From NCBI GenBank assembly GCA_021613535.1, contig CP075493.1:6572001-6636000 (forward strand): a stretch of 64,000 bases of DNA. The letters are read 5' to 3'. Position numbers and translations under genes: made by a program. The first letter of the stretch is position 1. Each line of letters begins with the position of its first letter. The stretch comes from Adineta vaga (lineage: Eukaryota; Animalia; Rotifera). Under the pieces are notes generated by a model. The model worked only from the letters and a program-made list of their open reading frames with translations, had not been told where the DNA came from and ran no database searches. Positions 14,687 to 41,305 of the stretch are shown here, piece by piece.

Positions 14687-17600
14687 ATGACAGCGATACG
14701 TCCACCAAGTAGTCCACAATTTCCTGATAGAATGACCAACCCAGTATGTTTTTGAGAAACGTTTTCATATATCTTTATAATTCTTGTCTGTAATTAGAGT
14801 TTCCTCAAACTACTCATCCAACACAAAATGGATTTCCTCCTCCAGCTTTTCCACCAAATTCTAGCTTACCACCTGTTCAGTTTCCTCCAAATACATATCA
14901 ACCAAATTCGTCAGTTTTTCCTTCGGTACCACAGTATCAACCAACTTTAATGAATCAACATACTTCAAGTCCAACTCCACCATTACCACCATCGAATTTC
15001 TATCCGACAACGGCAAATCCATCACCACTACCGCCAACAAATCTATATTCTACAATACCACCTAGTACATCATCACAACCAACTATTCGTCCAATGTATC
15101 CTTCACCGGCATCTGCCTATCGTCCTCAAACACAACCATCACAACTTCCTTCACAGATGCCAAACCAATATTCTCAGCAACCTTCCTCAGTCTATCCCTA
15201 TTCACAATACGGTAACAATTCGAATTCGATTGCTACTACTTCTCCTGCGATGACAACACAACCAGTTTATTCTGGTCAACAACCACAATCTATGCCTTAT
15301 GGTATGGGTGGTAATATCAATGGTGCATCGAATCAAGTAGTGAATAATATTAATGGTCCTTTTCCTGTAAGAATGAACGTTATTTAGTTAATTTCAAGTA
15401 ATTCATTTTTCTTTTAGAATAATAATAATAATAATTATCTGGTTGATTTGCTCAAAGAGAAAACAGTTCTTAGTCCATTCGCTGATGATCCACCAATATC
15501 ACCATTATTAAATGAAGACAGTCAACAAATGAATTGTAGTCCAGAGTATGTTATATTCAATTTCTTTTTATTTAATGAAGTCAAAAAAAACCGCATTATC
15601 TATGGTGTTGTTTTTAGAGTTATGCGATGTAGTCTTAATGTTATTCCTCAAACAAAAGATTTACTTAACAAAAGTCGTCTGCCACTTGGTGTTCTAATTC
15701 ATCCATTCAAAGATCTTGAAGTATAACGATTCATTCGATATCAATTTTAATTTATTTATCTTTGTTTTTTCTTCGTCATTTTCAAAGAGTCTAAGTGTCA
15801 TTCAAGGTACAAAAATAGTGCGATGCGATGGATGTAAAAGTTATATTAATCCATTTGTGACGTTTCTTGATAATACACGATGGCGTTGTAGTATCTGTTT
15901 TCGTATGAATGATTGTAAGATTTGATCTCTCAATTTCTTATTATCTGATATATTTTTTATTATTTTATAGTACCACAAGAATTTCTATTTGATCCAGTTA
16001 CAAAAACATTTGGTGATCCAAGTCGACGACCAGAAGTTCGTTTTGGTACTGTTGAATATACGGCTACATCTGATTATATGGTTCGATACATACACACATG
16101 ATTATCTTTATTTCTAATTTCAATTTTAGGCTCGACCACCTCAATCAGCAATGTATTTATTTCTACTTGATGTATCCCATAATGCTGTGCAGACAGGTAA
16201 CTATAATATAATTCTTTTGATATAAACTTAAGAAGAACTATCTAGGCTATCTTCAATCATTTTGTGATATCTTATTTGAAAATTTAAGTACTTTACCTGG
16301 TGATGCACGTACAAAAATAGGTTTTATAACGTATGATAGTCGAATTCATTTTTATGATCTATCTGATCGACAAAATGGTACATTTCGTATTATGGTAGTG
16401 CCAGATTTAGAAAATATTGAAAATAAATTAGATGAAGTTTTTCCTGTACCTGATGGTATAATGGTAAATTTAACTGAATGTCGAACAATAATTGAATCAT
16501 TTCTTAATGAATTGCCAAAAGTGTATCAGAATAATTATGAAACAGATTCTGCATTGGGTTCAACACTTTTAATAGCAGGAAAATTACTTCAACAAACAGG
16601 TGGTCGAATTACTGTTCTTCAAACACGCATTCCTAATGTTAATCCTGGTGCTTTGAATGGACAGACAAGCAAAGAACCAACGATTATTACGCCAACATCA
16701 GATTTTTACAAGAAACTTTCATTGGATTTTGCTTCACAACAAATTGCTTGTGATTTATTTCTTCTCAATAGTCATTACATTGATTTAACGACATTGAGTA
16801 TGTTCTATCTATTTTATTGAACTGATGAAGAAATTAAAAGATTTTTTATAGGTTGTATTTCGAAATATTCCGGTGGTGAAGTAAAATATTATCCAAATTT
16901 TCATTCGATACAAACGCCAGATCAAGTCGAACGTTTTGAAAATGATTTTAGACGTTATTTACAACGGAAAATTGGATTCGAAGCAGTTATGCGTTTACGA
17001 TCACCACCAGGTTAATATTTTTTCTAATTTTATAAAATATAAACTAAAGAGAATATATGATGCATTGTTAATCCTATAACTAATCTTTAAATTTATTAAT
17101 TTTTAGCTCTCTCAATTCAAACATTTCATGGTAATGGTTTTGTTCGTTCTGTTGATTTACTTGTTTTACCAAATATAAATCCTGATGCTGCATTTGGTAT
17201 GCAAGTTGCTATTGAAGATTCTTTAGCACAATATAAAGCAGTCACATTTCAAATTGCACTTCTCTATACGTCAAGCAAAGGTACTTGAATATTATTATAA
17301 AACATAGATTTATTTCTAGTTAATTAGGTGAAAGACGTATTCGAGTACATACACTTTCGTTACCAGTTAGTGCCACTTTGAAAGATATCTGTTCGAATGC
17401 TGATCAAGAAGCAATGGTTGCATTGATTGCTAAAATGGGTAAGTGAAAATTTAGTTTTTACTTGTAAATCATTTGCATTTGATTTAGCTGCTGATCGATC
17501 GACAACATCATCGATTCAAGAAGCACGTGAAGGATTATGTAATGTTGCGTGTGATGTTATCAAAGCAACAATGTCCAATGATTCATCGAATCGAGGAGTT

Positions 17601-18471
17601 TCACTCTATGTACCTCATGCAATACGTCTTCTACCATTATATATGCTTAGCATGATAAAATCAGTAGGAGAAAATGAAAATTGAAATCATTTTAATCATC
17701 CAGTTATCTTTTTTCATTTAGACGGCATTTCGAGCTGGAAGTTCAGTCAAAATAGATGAACGAGCTTATTATCTAGATTTATGTAAAACATTACCAACAC
17801 AATATTTAATACAAATGTTCTATCCAGATCTTTATCCAATTCATACCATTGAAGATAAGGTAATCTTCAAGAATATTTTTATTCTTTAAATCAATTGATA
17901 GATATTTGTACAGTCTTTTATTTATTTCTAATCCTACTTTTAGAGTCGGATCATTCAAGATGGTGAAGATCAATTGTATGTACCGGCACGTGTGCAGTTA
18001 TCTTTTCAACATATTGATGCACATGGTGTTTATATATTGGATACAAGCGAATGTATTTACATGTATGTTGGCAGAGCAATAAGTGATCATTTCGTCCAAA
18101 ATGTTTTCAATCAACCTACATTCTCAGTATTACCTTTCGATTCAGTAAATAAGATAAACAAAAACAAAAAAAGTGATTCTTGTATTTAATCTTTTTCTTT
18201 CTAGTACTCACTACCAGAACTTGACAATCCATTATCAATTAAAATTCATAATTTTTTGACTTATCTAATACAGAATCGATCCAATGGTGTAGCAGTACAT
18301 ATCATAAGGTTTGTTTCTTTAGAAGAACGAAAATTTGACTACGTTAGTTTTTCTAGAGAAGATTCACCGAATCGATATTTATTTACACGTTATATGGTGG
18401 ATGATAGGTCAGAATCAAGCATGTCTTATGTGGAATTTTTACGTTACATTCAAGAACAGATTAAAAAATGA
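14687..18471 (+). CDS. SEC24: COPII coat subunit Sec24 (Sec24A/B-like), multi-exon
   Basis: Pro/Gln-rich N-terminus; [14 protein letters not shown]; zinc finger [22 protein letters not shown]; trunk domain GGRITVLQT; [11 protein letters not shown]; GERRIRVHT; gelsolin repeat; C-terminal [15 protein letters not shown]. Confidence 0.95.
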
Positions 18472-21450
18472 ATTGGTGTTTAGTTCTATTTATTAGTTGT
18501 CTTTTTACTTTCCTCTCTTCCTATTTAGTCGTTTTTATTTCCGTTGTTGTTTCTTGCTCAAGATGTATGTTGTTGATCAGACTTTTCTAGACAATAAAAA
18601 GTCACTTTTTGCCAGTTTTGAACAAGGAAATTACTTTATACAAAAAGTAGAAATTTAAGTAATTCATCAACAATTAAATAATCAATACAAGAATGTTCAT
18701 TTTTTGAAATGATCAAGAACGCAAACAAATTTTGTAACTCTTTTCGTTGCATTTTAATCTATCTAAATTGTTAAAAGCATTCTTTCTTTCACATATAAAT
18801 TCAATGAATAATGTTATCTTCACACAAACAATACTATTATTCATTTTCTTCTTTTATTCGAACTAAATCTTCATACACAATCGTATCACACAATATAACA
18901 TTACTAATAAATAAGAATTATCAGAGATCTATTCAAATTTTACTTTCATTTCAAACAATAACTTCGTATGAATTCATCATATTCACTTACATCTCAATCA
19001 TAAATAAGTTCTATAATATGGATATTCATTAATTCTTATCAATTCAAATAGAATATGGATATTTACAGTTATTAGAAACTACTACATGATTAACAGATAT
19101 ACTTCATAATAAATTTGTTCATTTTTCACTATGATTCTACAACAAATCTATTTCATTAGTTCATTTTTCAATATTTCATGATAAATAAATTCTATTGAAG
19201 ACAAATGTATTCACTATTGCTCTTCTTTGCAAATTAACCTATCAAATAAAATATTGCGTTCGATATTACATCAAGCACGGACGTATGTAACGATGATAAA
19301 ATTCAACTATTTTTATTACTCAAGACTTACTCATAACGCTAAGGATTTCTTTCGAAGATTATATTAATAATGAATATTATTTATCACATTTTTGTTCACC
19401 TCTTTTACTCATATTAGTCCACACTTTCACAACTATTTAATAAATTAAGAATCACATCAATTTTGAACACCTAGTAAAACAATTCTATTCGAATTTCGGT
19501 TGTACTTCAATTAGAATCATTGCACATATTTTCTGCATACACTATCTCATCACATACGAATATTCATGACGATACTGCTATCTATTTATCTGTCTCATTT
19601 CAGTTCATACTTTACAAAATTTCATTCTTTATCGTATCATCATGCAAACGAACATACCAAAATATCAGAGTTGCATTCATTACTTTTACTTCTCATGACT
19701 CAAATCTTTATATGCATTCCTTTTATACAATATTATGAATATTACGAACCTCGATGAAGATATGTCTATTCATTTATCTTAACTATTTTGGACGAGAAAT
19801 TTCATGTTTGATCATGTTCTTGACAATCACATCATGGCTGAACTTCAAAAACATGTCGCGCCAACTCGATATTTATCAATTAGAATAGCTTTAGAATGAC
19901 ATTTATGTACAGTTACATGAATAAAAAACAAATAGTAAACGAATAATCATAATTACGAAAGTTTCGTTCGCTTATATGATGCACCTTTCAACAAATTCTG
20001 CATATCAAACTGACTTTGTAAGTCAATACATTAGTTAGGAATGATTAAAACGTTTGAAGCTCTTAGAAAGTATAAATTCATTTATAATTTGGATTTCATT
20101 CTTTAACTTTTGAATTAACTTTTGATCAATAGAATTCCAATAGATGATTAACACTAAATACACTCATTGATCCATTCATCTATGAGTATGTTGTAGAGCG
20201 TAAAAGATATACTATTGGTGTTCGAGTGATTACATTGTTAATGAACAAATATCATCATAAGTTTGTTCAAAAATCTTATTCATTATGAATTCCATCAATT
20301 ATGTGTTCATTGTTGTGAAAAGATCGTATGATATTCAAATGTCCATTTTCCAATGATTTTGTTCAGTTACTTTTGATAACGCATGAATAGACTTTAAAAA
20401 TTCATCGGTTACTTAGAAGTAACAAGATATATGAATATACATAACGCTTCCAATCCTCGTCTTGCCAATGTTTCTATTCAAGAACTTTAGAAATATTAGA
20501 ACAAAAGCTGTGGATGAATACATATTTTAATAATGGTGTAAGAGGAGATTGTTAATAACTCTTACAATAATCTTGTTCACTTTGTTCATTCATTCCAACT
20601 ATCTGCTTATTTGAAATCGAAAGCGAGCTATGCTCACGTCAGTAGAGAAGGATTTCTATTACGGACAGCTTATTCATCTATTTTAGCCAACTCTATACCG
20701 TATTTTCGTAAGACGAACGCCTTTGACTTTTTATCATAATCAAATCACTATTATCCATTGCCAAGTAATTGGAAGATTCTGTTCATTTATTTGATAGATC
20801 TACCAAGTGATATAAACAAGCCATAGATTTGTTGAATATCAGCGTATAGAAGAATAAACTTTATTACCGTTAACTGTTATGTATATATTTTCTTCATATC
20901 GTATTTCATCTATAAGTTCAATCTTTCATTGAGGTACGTATGAAAGATGAATAATTTCAAAAGTATATTTAATCGAATACTATGGCCTTTACATACGCCA
21001 TAAATTCCTACGAATTGTGCGCTGTTGATTATGAAATACAGGAATATCTGTATACCAATCACGACATTTACCACATTTGATACAAAGATCCAGTTCAAAA
21101 ATCTTTTCTATGAACAGTTAACTAATCTCAATTGATGCAATGTATGAAACTTGATGATAATAGAATATGTTCCAGGCCGACCTTCATTGATCTCTTCATC
21201 TACATTTTTGTCAAACAAATAAATACTTTAGAATTATTCCTAGAACAGAAGTGGCAGAATATCTGAATATCTAAAACAAGTATTCTATTCACTTATTTTG
21301 CTTTGCGTCATCGAAATATTTTTAGAAAGAGCAATAATCAATGATTATATGACATAGGACTTATTTGAATTAAGAGTCTTACCATATACAGCAAATTGGT
21401 GACTATCTAAACAAAATCAACGAAACTTTCGATACTGTTCAGTCACGACA

Positions 21451-22312
21451 TCAAATGTGACATGTATTTTGAAGGATAAACAAGTACTTACCTTTTGATT
21501 CTGCCGTCCTTGATGTTGGGGCACTGCGCGACTCTCCTGTTTCTGGCGTACTAAAAGTTGGCGAAGAATCAACGGACACAGACGATTTTTGTAGTATTGA
21601 GGCGAAAGGTGGTTCTAGGTATGGGTGTTCGGCAGCAGTTTCACGTAAATGAATGATATACAAATCTTTGGCAGGACTCCATTTACTTATGACACGGAAG
21701 TATGTACCAGGCATGAGAAGGATTTCATTTTCTTTCTTGTAAAATGAATGTTCTCGAATAGCTTTAATTAATACACTCTATATTAAATATTGTTCGCACT
21801 CCAGATGTACCAATGAATTGTTCCAACACATCTACACTTTCGGTGCACGAACTAAATCCCCACCATATATGATCGTCTTCATATTGATCACTTACATTTC
21901 CACGAACTCCTCGCCAAATTGTTCCTCTTAAAGATGGTAGTTTGTATAATGCTGTTAGAAAAAGTTTAAGATAGCGAAACCATGGTTTAAGTGGCTCTCG
22001 TCGTTCAGAACGAAGTGTCTGATTTAGTGTTGTATAAAGACTTCCATTTGATTTCTCCCATTGCATTGTGTAGAGATGAATAGAAGCTGATTCGTGTATA
22101 GAAAGGCCATCTTTCGGTTTTTTACAGTTACGTTTAGCGATATCTACCATTATATCGAGTTCCTCAAAGAACTCATGAATTGGTTGAACAGCTTCTTCCA
22201 AAGGTAGCAATTGTTCCTTAGCATATCCTTTGATAGGTAACAGAACCTGATCAGGTTCTTCTCCAGCATCAAGAAATCGAGAATTGACATTTGTACCTGC
22301 ATCTGCAGCCAT
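21451..22312 (-). pseudogene. NAD:arginine-type (R-S-E) ADP-ribosyltransferase with an apparent 2-nt deletion frameshift at ~21766
   Basis: SIHLYTMQW, LYTTLNQTLR, IWRG and WWGFSSCT, then IECIN-stop. KAIREHSFYKKENEILLMPGTYF continues in another frame, with no room for an intron. 3' exons beyond the donor at ~21491 are uncertain. Confidence 0.8.
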
Positions 22313-23129
22313 TATGTATGCTTTCTATTTGAAAATGACGACATTATAGTGTTGCTTTCATTTGTACGTTTACTTCGATCGTATCGTAGCAACATCGGTA
22401 CGAGAATTTTGAAGAATGAAAAAGTAAGACGAATACACGCGTGCAACAGAAACGAAAAAAAACAACAGTCATCATACACTGTAATAAACACGAGCCTTCA
22501 TGTAGGAGAATACTTGGAATAATAAAGGATATATATGTTTGATTTCGAAGATCATATTGTATTTCAGTCGAATCATCCGTTCATGAATTGATATTTAAAT
22601 CAATTGAAAAAATAATAAAACACATTTAGATAGCATATAGAATAATTATATGTGTGGCGATACAACTGGAAGTAGTTTCTATTATTTGTTTCATCAAATA
22701 AGTCAAAAAGATTCTCTGATTGGTGCGAAATCATTTTGTTATAATATATTCACATATTTGCTCTTACTTCACCAAGTTCCAAAAACTCTATTTGTCATAA
22801 ACTGTTATAAAGAAGTTTAACTTTCTCCATCAATAACGACGAAAGAATCTGATTCGAATAATGTGTATTAATAATAAAAAAACTGCAATAATGCTCTATA
22901 CATTTTTATGAAATCAGTATATACTACATGCCCCGAAAAATAAACGAGAAAGAACAGAAGAGATAAAATATATCTTACTTCAGCATATAACTGAAAATAT
23001 CAATATCATTGTTTTTCTTAATCAATGCTATATGGTGTGTTTATCTTGTGAAAATATACAGATGGTATGCAGATATAAAATACGTATAATTTATATAATC
23101 TACTTTTTTCATTTTCAAGTGCAAAAAAC

Positions 23130-24526
23130 ATGATTTCTACTCTAATAATCACTTGTCTCTTCTATTTACTAAACCCATTTATATTCAATGTAAACGGAGA
23201 TACATGTAATACTTACAATCATCCTCAATATGGTATTGGCCAATGTATGAACCAAACTTTATGTCCTAATGCTTTGTATCAAAATGGTTTATGTGAATCA
23301 AAACCATTGGATATAAAATGTTGTTTTTCATCAGCACCATTAAAAGAAGAATTTCGTGCTGCTTGGATTGCTACCGTCACTAATATTGATTGGCCATCAT
23401 CAAGAACTGCCACGCCAGCACAACAACAAACTGAATTAATCAATATTCTCAATACAATTCAAAATTTGAATATGAATGCTGTTGTCTTTCAAGTAATATA
23501 CGAAATAAACTCGATCATATTTTCTATTTCAATCATATTTCTTTTCGAAAGGTACGTCCTGTTGGAGACACCATGTATGCTTCCACATTGGAACCATGGA
23601 GTATGTATTTGACAGGTACTCATGGTAAAGCACCATCGCCATTATGGGATCCATTAACATTTATTGTGAATGAAGCACATAAACGTAATATTGAAGTACA
23701 TGCTTGGCTTAATCCATATCGTGGTCGAATGTCGGGCGCAACCTATGAGTTAGCATCGAATCATATGGCTAAACGATTTCCAAAATATGCCTATACATAT
23801 AATAAATACATATGGATGGATCCAGGTTCCGTTGAAGTTCAACAATTTATTGTTAATGTAACCGAAGATATTGTTCGTCGATATGCAGTTGATGGTATTC
23901 ATATGGATGATTATTTCTATCCATATGGTGATGGAACCGATTTTCCTGATGCTGCAACATACAGTGCATATCAACAATCAGGTGGTAAATTAAATAAAAA
24001 TGATTGGCGTCGTTTAAATGTAAATACATTAGTTCAAGTCATGTACGCAAGAATGCATGCCATTCGGCCAAAAGTTAAATTTGGTATTTCACCATTTGGT
24101 ATTTATAAAAATGGTGTGCCAACCGGTATAACTGGCCTTTCATCCTATGATAGTTTATATTGTGATACTAAAATGTGGTTAGAACAAGGATATGTTGATT
24201 ATATGACACCACAACTCTACTGGCAAATTGATCCGCCAGCACAATCTTATCCTGTTCTTTTGAATTGGTGGATACAACAGTCAACTAAAGGTCGTCATGT
24301 CTATCCTGGTAATGCAGTTTATCGAATCCTTCCAACTGGTCTCAATTGGCCCGTTAACGAAATTGTTCGTCAAGTTAATATTACTCGTTCAATGCGTGAT
24401 CGTTTGGCACTTGGAAATGTTTTTTATTCGGTAAAACAAATTATGCAAAATGTGAAAGGCATTCAAAACGAACTTGCAACACTTTATAAACAAAAGGCTA
24501 TCATACCAAAGATGAGCTGGCTTTAA
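23130..24526 (+). CDS. Secreted glycosyl hydrolase-like 10 (GHL10/DUF187, YddW/DigH-like) with N-terminal 6-Cys module; exons 23130-23492 and 23552-24526
   Basis: Signal peptide; EFRAAWIATVTNIDWPS; spliced FQ|VRPVGD; HAWLNPYR; DGIHMDDYFYPY; FGISPFGI; DYMTPQLYW. A 59-nt phase-0 intron. Confidence 0.9.
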
Positions 24527-26426
24527 TATATAATGCATGTTGATTCCATACGAAAGAAAACATTGAATACTGTATTCATATCAATATTAATATAATCGAA
24601 TCGTTTCTGAATAGGATATCATTTTTCATCAATAAAATCGATACTCTAGATACTTTTTTGACATCAGAAGATTGAAGTATAATCAGGACCACATTTAATT
24701 CATCAAACTATTTACTAATATCATATTAAATCTTGTCCGTCTAAGAACGAGCATGCAATGGAATCTCTCAGATGTCGGAACAATTTTACAAACAAAATTA
24801 GTACTTTTACTGTCGACATCTATTTATTTAGGCTCTTTAGTTTTCAAATAAGTATGCTGAACTAATCAACTGTGTTTTTGTTTTTGCGTGTGACGTCGTA
24901 CAGGTAAAATTACCTAGATCAGAGACCACTCTGAGTATGTTCTACTTCGTTTTGCGAAATATCATCATCTATCTTCGTATTTAATAGTGCGTAGAAGTAA
25001 GCATTCTTCAATTCTGACTCCTTGAACACGCTAGTATTCATTAGATACAGGAGAGCACATGATAGGAAAATTAAATGTTTATTTTTGTGTTTCTCTAGAT
25101 TGAAACAACTTGGAAGTATTCGAATCTTAATTTGTGTTGTAGTAATCATGGTTTTGGTATCGAAATGTAATGGTTAGAGACATTGTGTTAGAAATTCCAT
25201 GAATGCTGATGATAAACATCATATATTTGATTTAGATGTAGAGCAATTTGAAAAACGTTTAAAACATGAAGGACATCAGGATGAAAATACTGCTGTGATA
25301 AAAAGTAAAGATTTACCTCTCATCTATTGTTCGTAGATTTTTACATTGTTTACAATGTAAAATTGTATGAGTCTTTGTGATTTAGAGCTAATGTGCTTGG
25401 GTTGAAATTAGAACAAGTTCAGATCTTGCCGGTGGATCTTGTCTTAGGAAGCCATCGCCAAAGTTTACTTACTGCTGTTTAACATCTCATATAGTTTTAG
25501 AAAAACAATATTACTTATTGAAACTTTTCAACAACAAGCATTGTGTACCTGCATCAACATTAAACGTTGATCTGAGTGCCTTAGCGTATACTGGTTCAAA
25601 AAAATTAATTTGGACATCATTTAAAGACGTTTAGTTCTGATAAATATAAAAAAGGCTTTGCACAAGTGAATTATTGGTGGAAAAGTTCCACATCTTCTCT
25701 GAAAAATGTCAAAGGTAAACAATAAGGTAGTTTTCATTTTCTTATTTGTCATGGTTTTTCTTCTGTTAAGGTTCAGAATTCGTTTCCTTATGGTATGACA
25801 GTATGAATGGAAAATATACCGATAATGCCCTCAATTTATGTTAAACAATATACATTCAGCAGTTCGTGATTTCTCTTCTACAACGGAAGTCGATGAAATA
25901 ATCTCTTTTTCTCGACAAATTTTAAAAATTTTCTTTTCAACTAATTATTAACAAGTATTTTATTGTTTTCATCTTAAATAGAATAAAATAACACGATTTT
26001 TTTTTCAAATAAGAATTCAGTCAACATATCAATTTGTTCTGTTCACGTTTTTAAAGGTATACAATAGGTTGATATTGAGCGCCCTCTTTCCTTTGGCAGA
26101 GGTTAGGTATCATTTCAATACAATGGCGAAAAAAGTCTGTGTAACTTATCTGAACCCGACGTGTCGCATTCTTTCGAGTGTCGTGAGTAATCAACAAATT
26201 TTATACCTTAATACTCATCGGAGAAAAGAAAAGGTATATGAACTTATAAGAAGGAATAAACAATTGAAAATAAAAGAAAGAAAGTGAAGCAACACAAATC
26301 ATGAACAACAGCCAAAACTGGGTTAATGTTCTGTTTGTCATGCTGCCCTTTCAAATCGAAGAGAAAAAATATATATAAAATGTTCATTTTGATTGTTTGT
26401 TTTTCTTCTTTCTTTCAGATTTTGAA

Positions 26427-36587
<10,161 letters not shown>

Positions 36588-37185
36588 GTGACGTTCTCAT
36601 ATCTCTATTTATTGTAGTGTAATTCTTCTTCTTCTTCTTTTATTATTTCTTTCGTCGTTAAAATGTATGGATTAACATAACATATACTCTTCTAGTTGCT
36701 TCTATTTGTAACTTCTTTTTATTTACCTTTCTTCGACATTCCATTAATGTATGTGTATATGAGTTTCAATGAGAAAAAAAAGAATTATAAAACAAGAATT
36801 TAAAATTTGCTGTTAAGCAAATAACAGCTCTACCCGTGATATTCAATTCTTTCCTTCTTTTTCTGTGTATGCGTCGTATTTCTATAGGTTAATTTGTAAC
36901 GTGAAAAAATGCAACTTTCGATTCTGTCCAATTTTGCTTATCTGTGTATTTCTTTTGTGACTTATTCATTCTCAAAACTAAACCAATGGTTCTTCTTTTC
37001 TTTCTTTCTTTTTGTTTTGCTTATTGACACAACTTACTGCATTCCTAACATTTTCTTACTTTTACCGCTCTGTGTTTGTTTTTTTTTCTTTAAATCAAAT
37101 AAAATAATATTTACAATATCAACAGATTCAACTCTTCATTATATATAAAATAAAAATATTTATAGATTATTTGAAAACATAAGAC

Positions 37186-38682
<1,497 letters not shown>

Positions 38683-38981
38683 AATCTCATTTATTTTTCA
38701 AATATTATAACAATCATGGATATTCCTCCTTTTTTTTTGTTCTCGCTTATTCTCATGCTTTTTGCTAATTATTCATTTATTGTATTGGTTTATTCGTACT
38801 AATGATATTCAATATTTGGTGGAATTGTTCAATTTCTGTTTTGAATAGTATACATGATTGTAAAACGTTAATAATATTATTATTCGGATTATAAATATAT
38901 GGTTTACACAGATATTAGATGAAATAATTCTGTACATATTTAATTTTATATTTATACGATACATGCACTCCTTAGTAAAAC

Positions 38982-39995
38982 TTAGAAATGATTTACAGAG
39001 GGAATGGCAGATCTGTTTCTTCTTCTTCTTGTAACATGTGGTTGTTGATGAGCTTGACTTGCAATATATCTCCTCGACATGACAACTGGTTGAGTAAATT
39101 TCTGTTGAAAATAATTGAGTTGTAATGGAAATATGTTCGAAAGATATGGTGTTGATGACGATTGATAATCTCTGACTCCTAAATATATTTTATTCCATAA
39201 CAATTTGTCGAAATTTCATCAAATTAACTTACCAAATGGTTGCTTTAGTTGCATACCATAATTCCACATCGGATTGTTTTGAAATGAACCAGTCGGGACC
39301 AAACAAACATTTTCATAAACATTACTATATCGAATAGGTATTTGTCTATTGCGAGTTTCTTGTTGAACATTCGAAGATACACGTCTTAGCATTGTATCAA
39401 CATCAACATTCGGTGTCGTTATATGTCGAAGTAAATGATGAGTAAATATACTATTTCGTCCTTTGATGATCAAACTCGTAATTGGTGCTCCTTCTGCACC
39501 AGAATAAGCGATGATTGTCGATGGAGGTGGACGGACAGGTGCAAGACCTTGGAGCAAGCCCAACGTTTGTCGATCGAAAAAGGGCATTTGGCGTCCTAAT
39601 TCTCGATGAGGTCGACAACAATCAAGAATAACGATGATTGCTCTAGGAGCTTTACTTCTCATAGTATCTATAAAGTTTTCAACATTGATAGCATCTTCTT
39701 TTATATTTCCTGAATTGATTTGTGCATTATCTGTTGGAATTAAATAATTGAAATCATTATACTGTACACCAAGACCAGAAAAATAGAATATTACTAAAGA
39801 ATTTGGTTCAATAGATTGTGCAAATCTATTGGTACGTTTTCCCATTTGATAACTATCCAAATCTGTTGCACAATGTGTAAGAAATCCAATTGAACGTAAT
39901 GCCAAACACATATCATTTGCATCGTTAACACATGGTTTTCGTGGTATTGCTTCATAATTACTATTACCAATGACTAATGCTTGTCTTTGGAACAT
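38982..39995 (-). CDS. Peptidase C14 caspase-like protein (paracaspase/bacterial-type, no prodomain) with catalytic His replaced by Leu; exons 39995-39233 and 39178-38982
   Basis: ALVIGNSNY, PCVNDA, IFYFSGLG (expected SGHG), NYLIPTD, VILDCCR, IIAYS, NSIFTHHLL and QIP; Arg-rich tail exon. Confidence 0.85.
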
Positions 39996-41305
39996 AATTG
40001 TAGTCGACTAGATTGAATATATGCCGTGCAGATTTCTATTGATTGTCGATAATTAAACAATATTTTTATCTAATTAAATGAAGCTTCTGTGTATGATAAA
40101 GTTATTTAATATATTCTTGTTTTCTACTAAATCCGACATTCGTAAGATTATCGAAAAAAATGTTTTAAAATAGAATTTTTTTCATTCGAATACACGTATG
40201 AGTTAAGAGAAATTTCCAACCTAAAATTTCGGTTACTCACTTTAACTATTGTTTATTTTTATGATAAAATGTGATATTTGTTGTTGATTGCTTACATTCT
40301 ATCGCGATGAATGAATAATCGCTTGGTGTATAAGAATATTATTTCTTTTCCCCAACATAATAGCGTGTCTCTTATGTTATGAAAAAAATGGTTCAGGTCC
40401 AATAATTCTTACTGATAAATAGTGTCCTATAACCACCATATATCAAATAGATATGCTTGCATTTTTCTTTCAAAATAACAGGCAATATATACTCATTAGA
40501 GAATATTCTGGGTTTAATTGGGCTTCTGTAAAATAAAATCAACAGGTGTAATGTTTCAGATAAATTTTTCAGTAGAAAAATGTTGTATCAATCAAGATGC
40601 TTATCACTTAACAGTAAAAATTATATTAAAACCATGAGTATATCTCTAAGATGCAAAAAGAAGTCGTCTACTATATCTATAGAAGTTCTCGTTGAAGAAT
40701 TTTGCTTCTTAGGTCATCATAATGAAGCATAGAATGCAAAAAGGAAAATAAGAAGAACACTTTGCTTAGTAACTATATAACTAATAATGTGACAGAACTG
40801 AAAAATCAAACATAAAACAAAATCGACCATGCGACAAAGAAAAATAAATAAACATTTCGTGCACTGAGTATGGGAATAGTTTCATTAGTTGCTACTATCT
40901 GATCAATGATCCAGTGCATCCTTCACCTTTTTTTCTCTCGAATAAACAGAAAAATAGAAAAATAACTGAAATATTTCAGCTGATGTAGAAAGTAAGAAGT
41001 GAGTACGATGGAAAAAGCTTTTTTCGTTTGTGCATTACTAGGATGTCTTATTCATCATATTACAACTTCCTTTTTATTACATAATCATCGATGAGAAATT
41101 TAATTGCTTTTGTCACTCAAGAATCCTCACGTAATTATTATGACTAATTTTGATGAAATGACGCGTTTTGTTCTATACAAACACAACCTATTATGTAGAG
41201 AAAATTTGTTTTAATTCTTTTTTTTCTGTAAATTTATTGATATCTAGAGCGTTTTTTTTTCAAATAGATGTTTTCACTTTTAGATTAGTATCGTACATTA
41301 TCAAC

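Noticed and set aside
18750-21100. G-poor stretch with several short ORFs, possibly a decayed F-box/LRR-like gene
   Set aside because: No continuous frame or recognisable motif; a product cannot be supported without a homology search.
13414-24526. Bacterial contamination as the source of the PqqB-like, ART and GHL10 genes
   Set aside because: They carry GT-AG introns or donors, share the host's AT-rich composition and are contiguous with metazoan genes.
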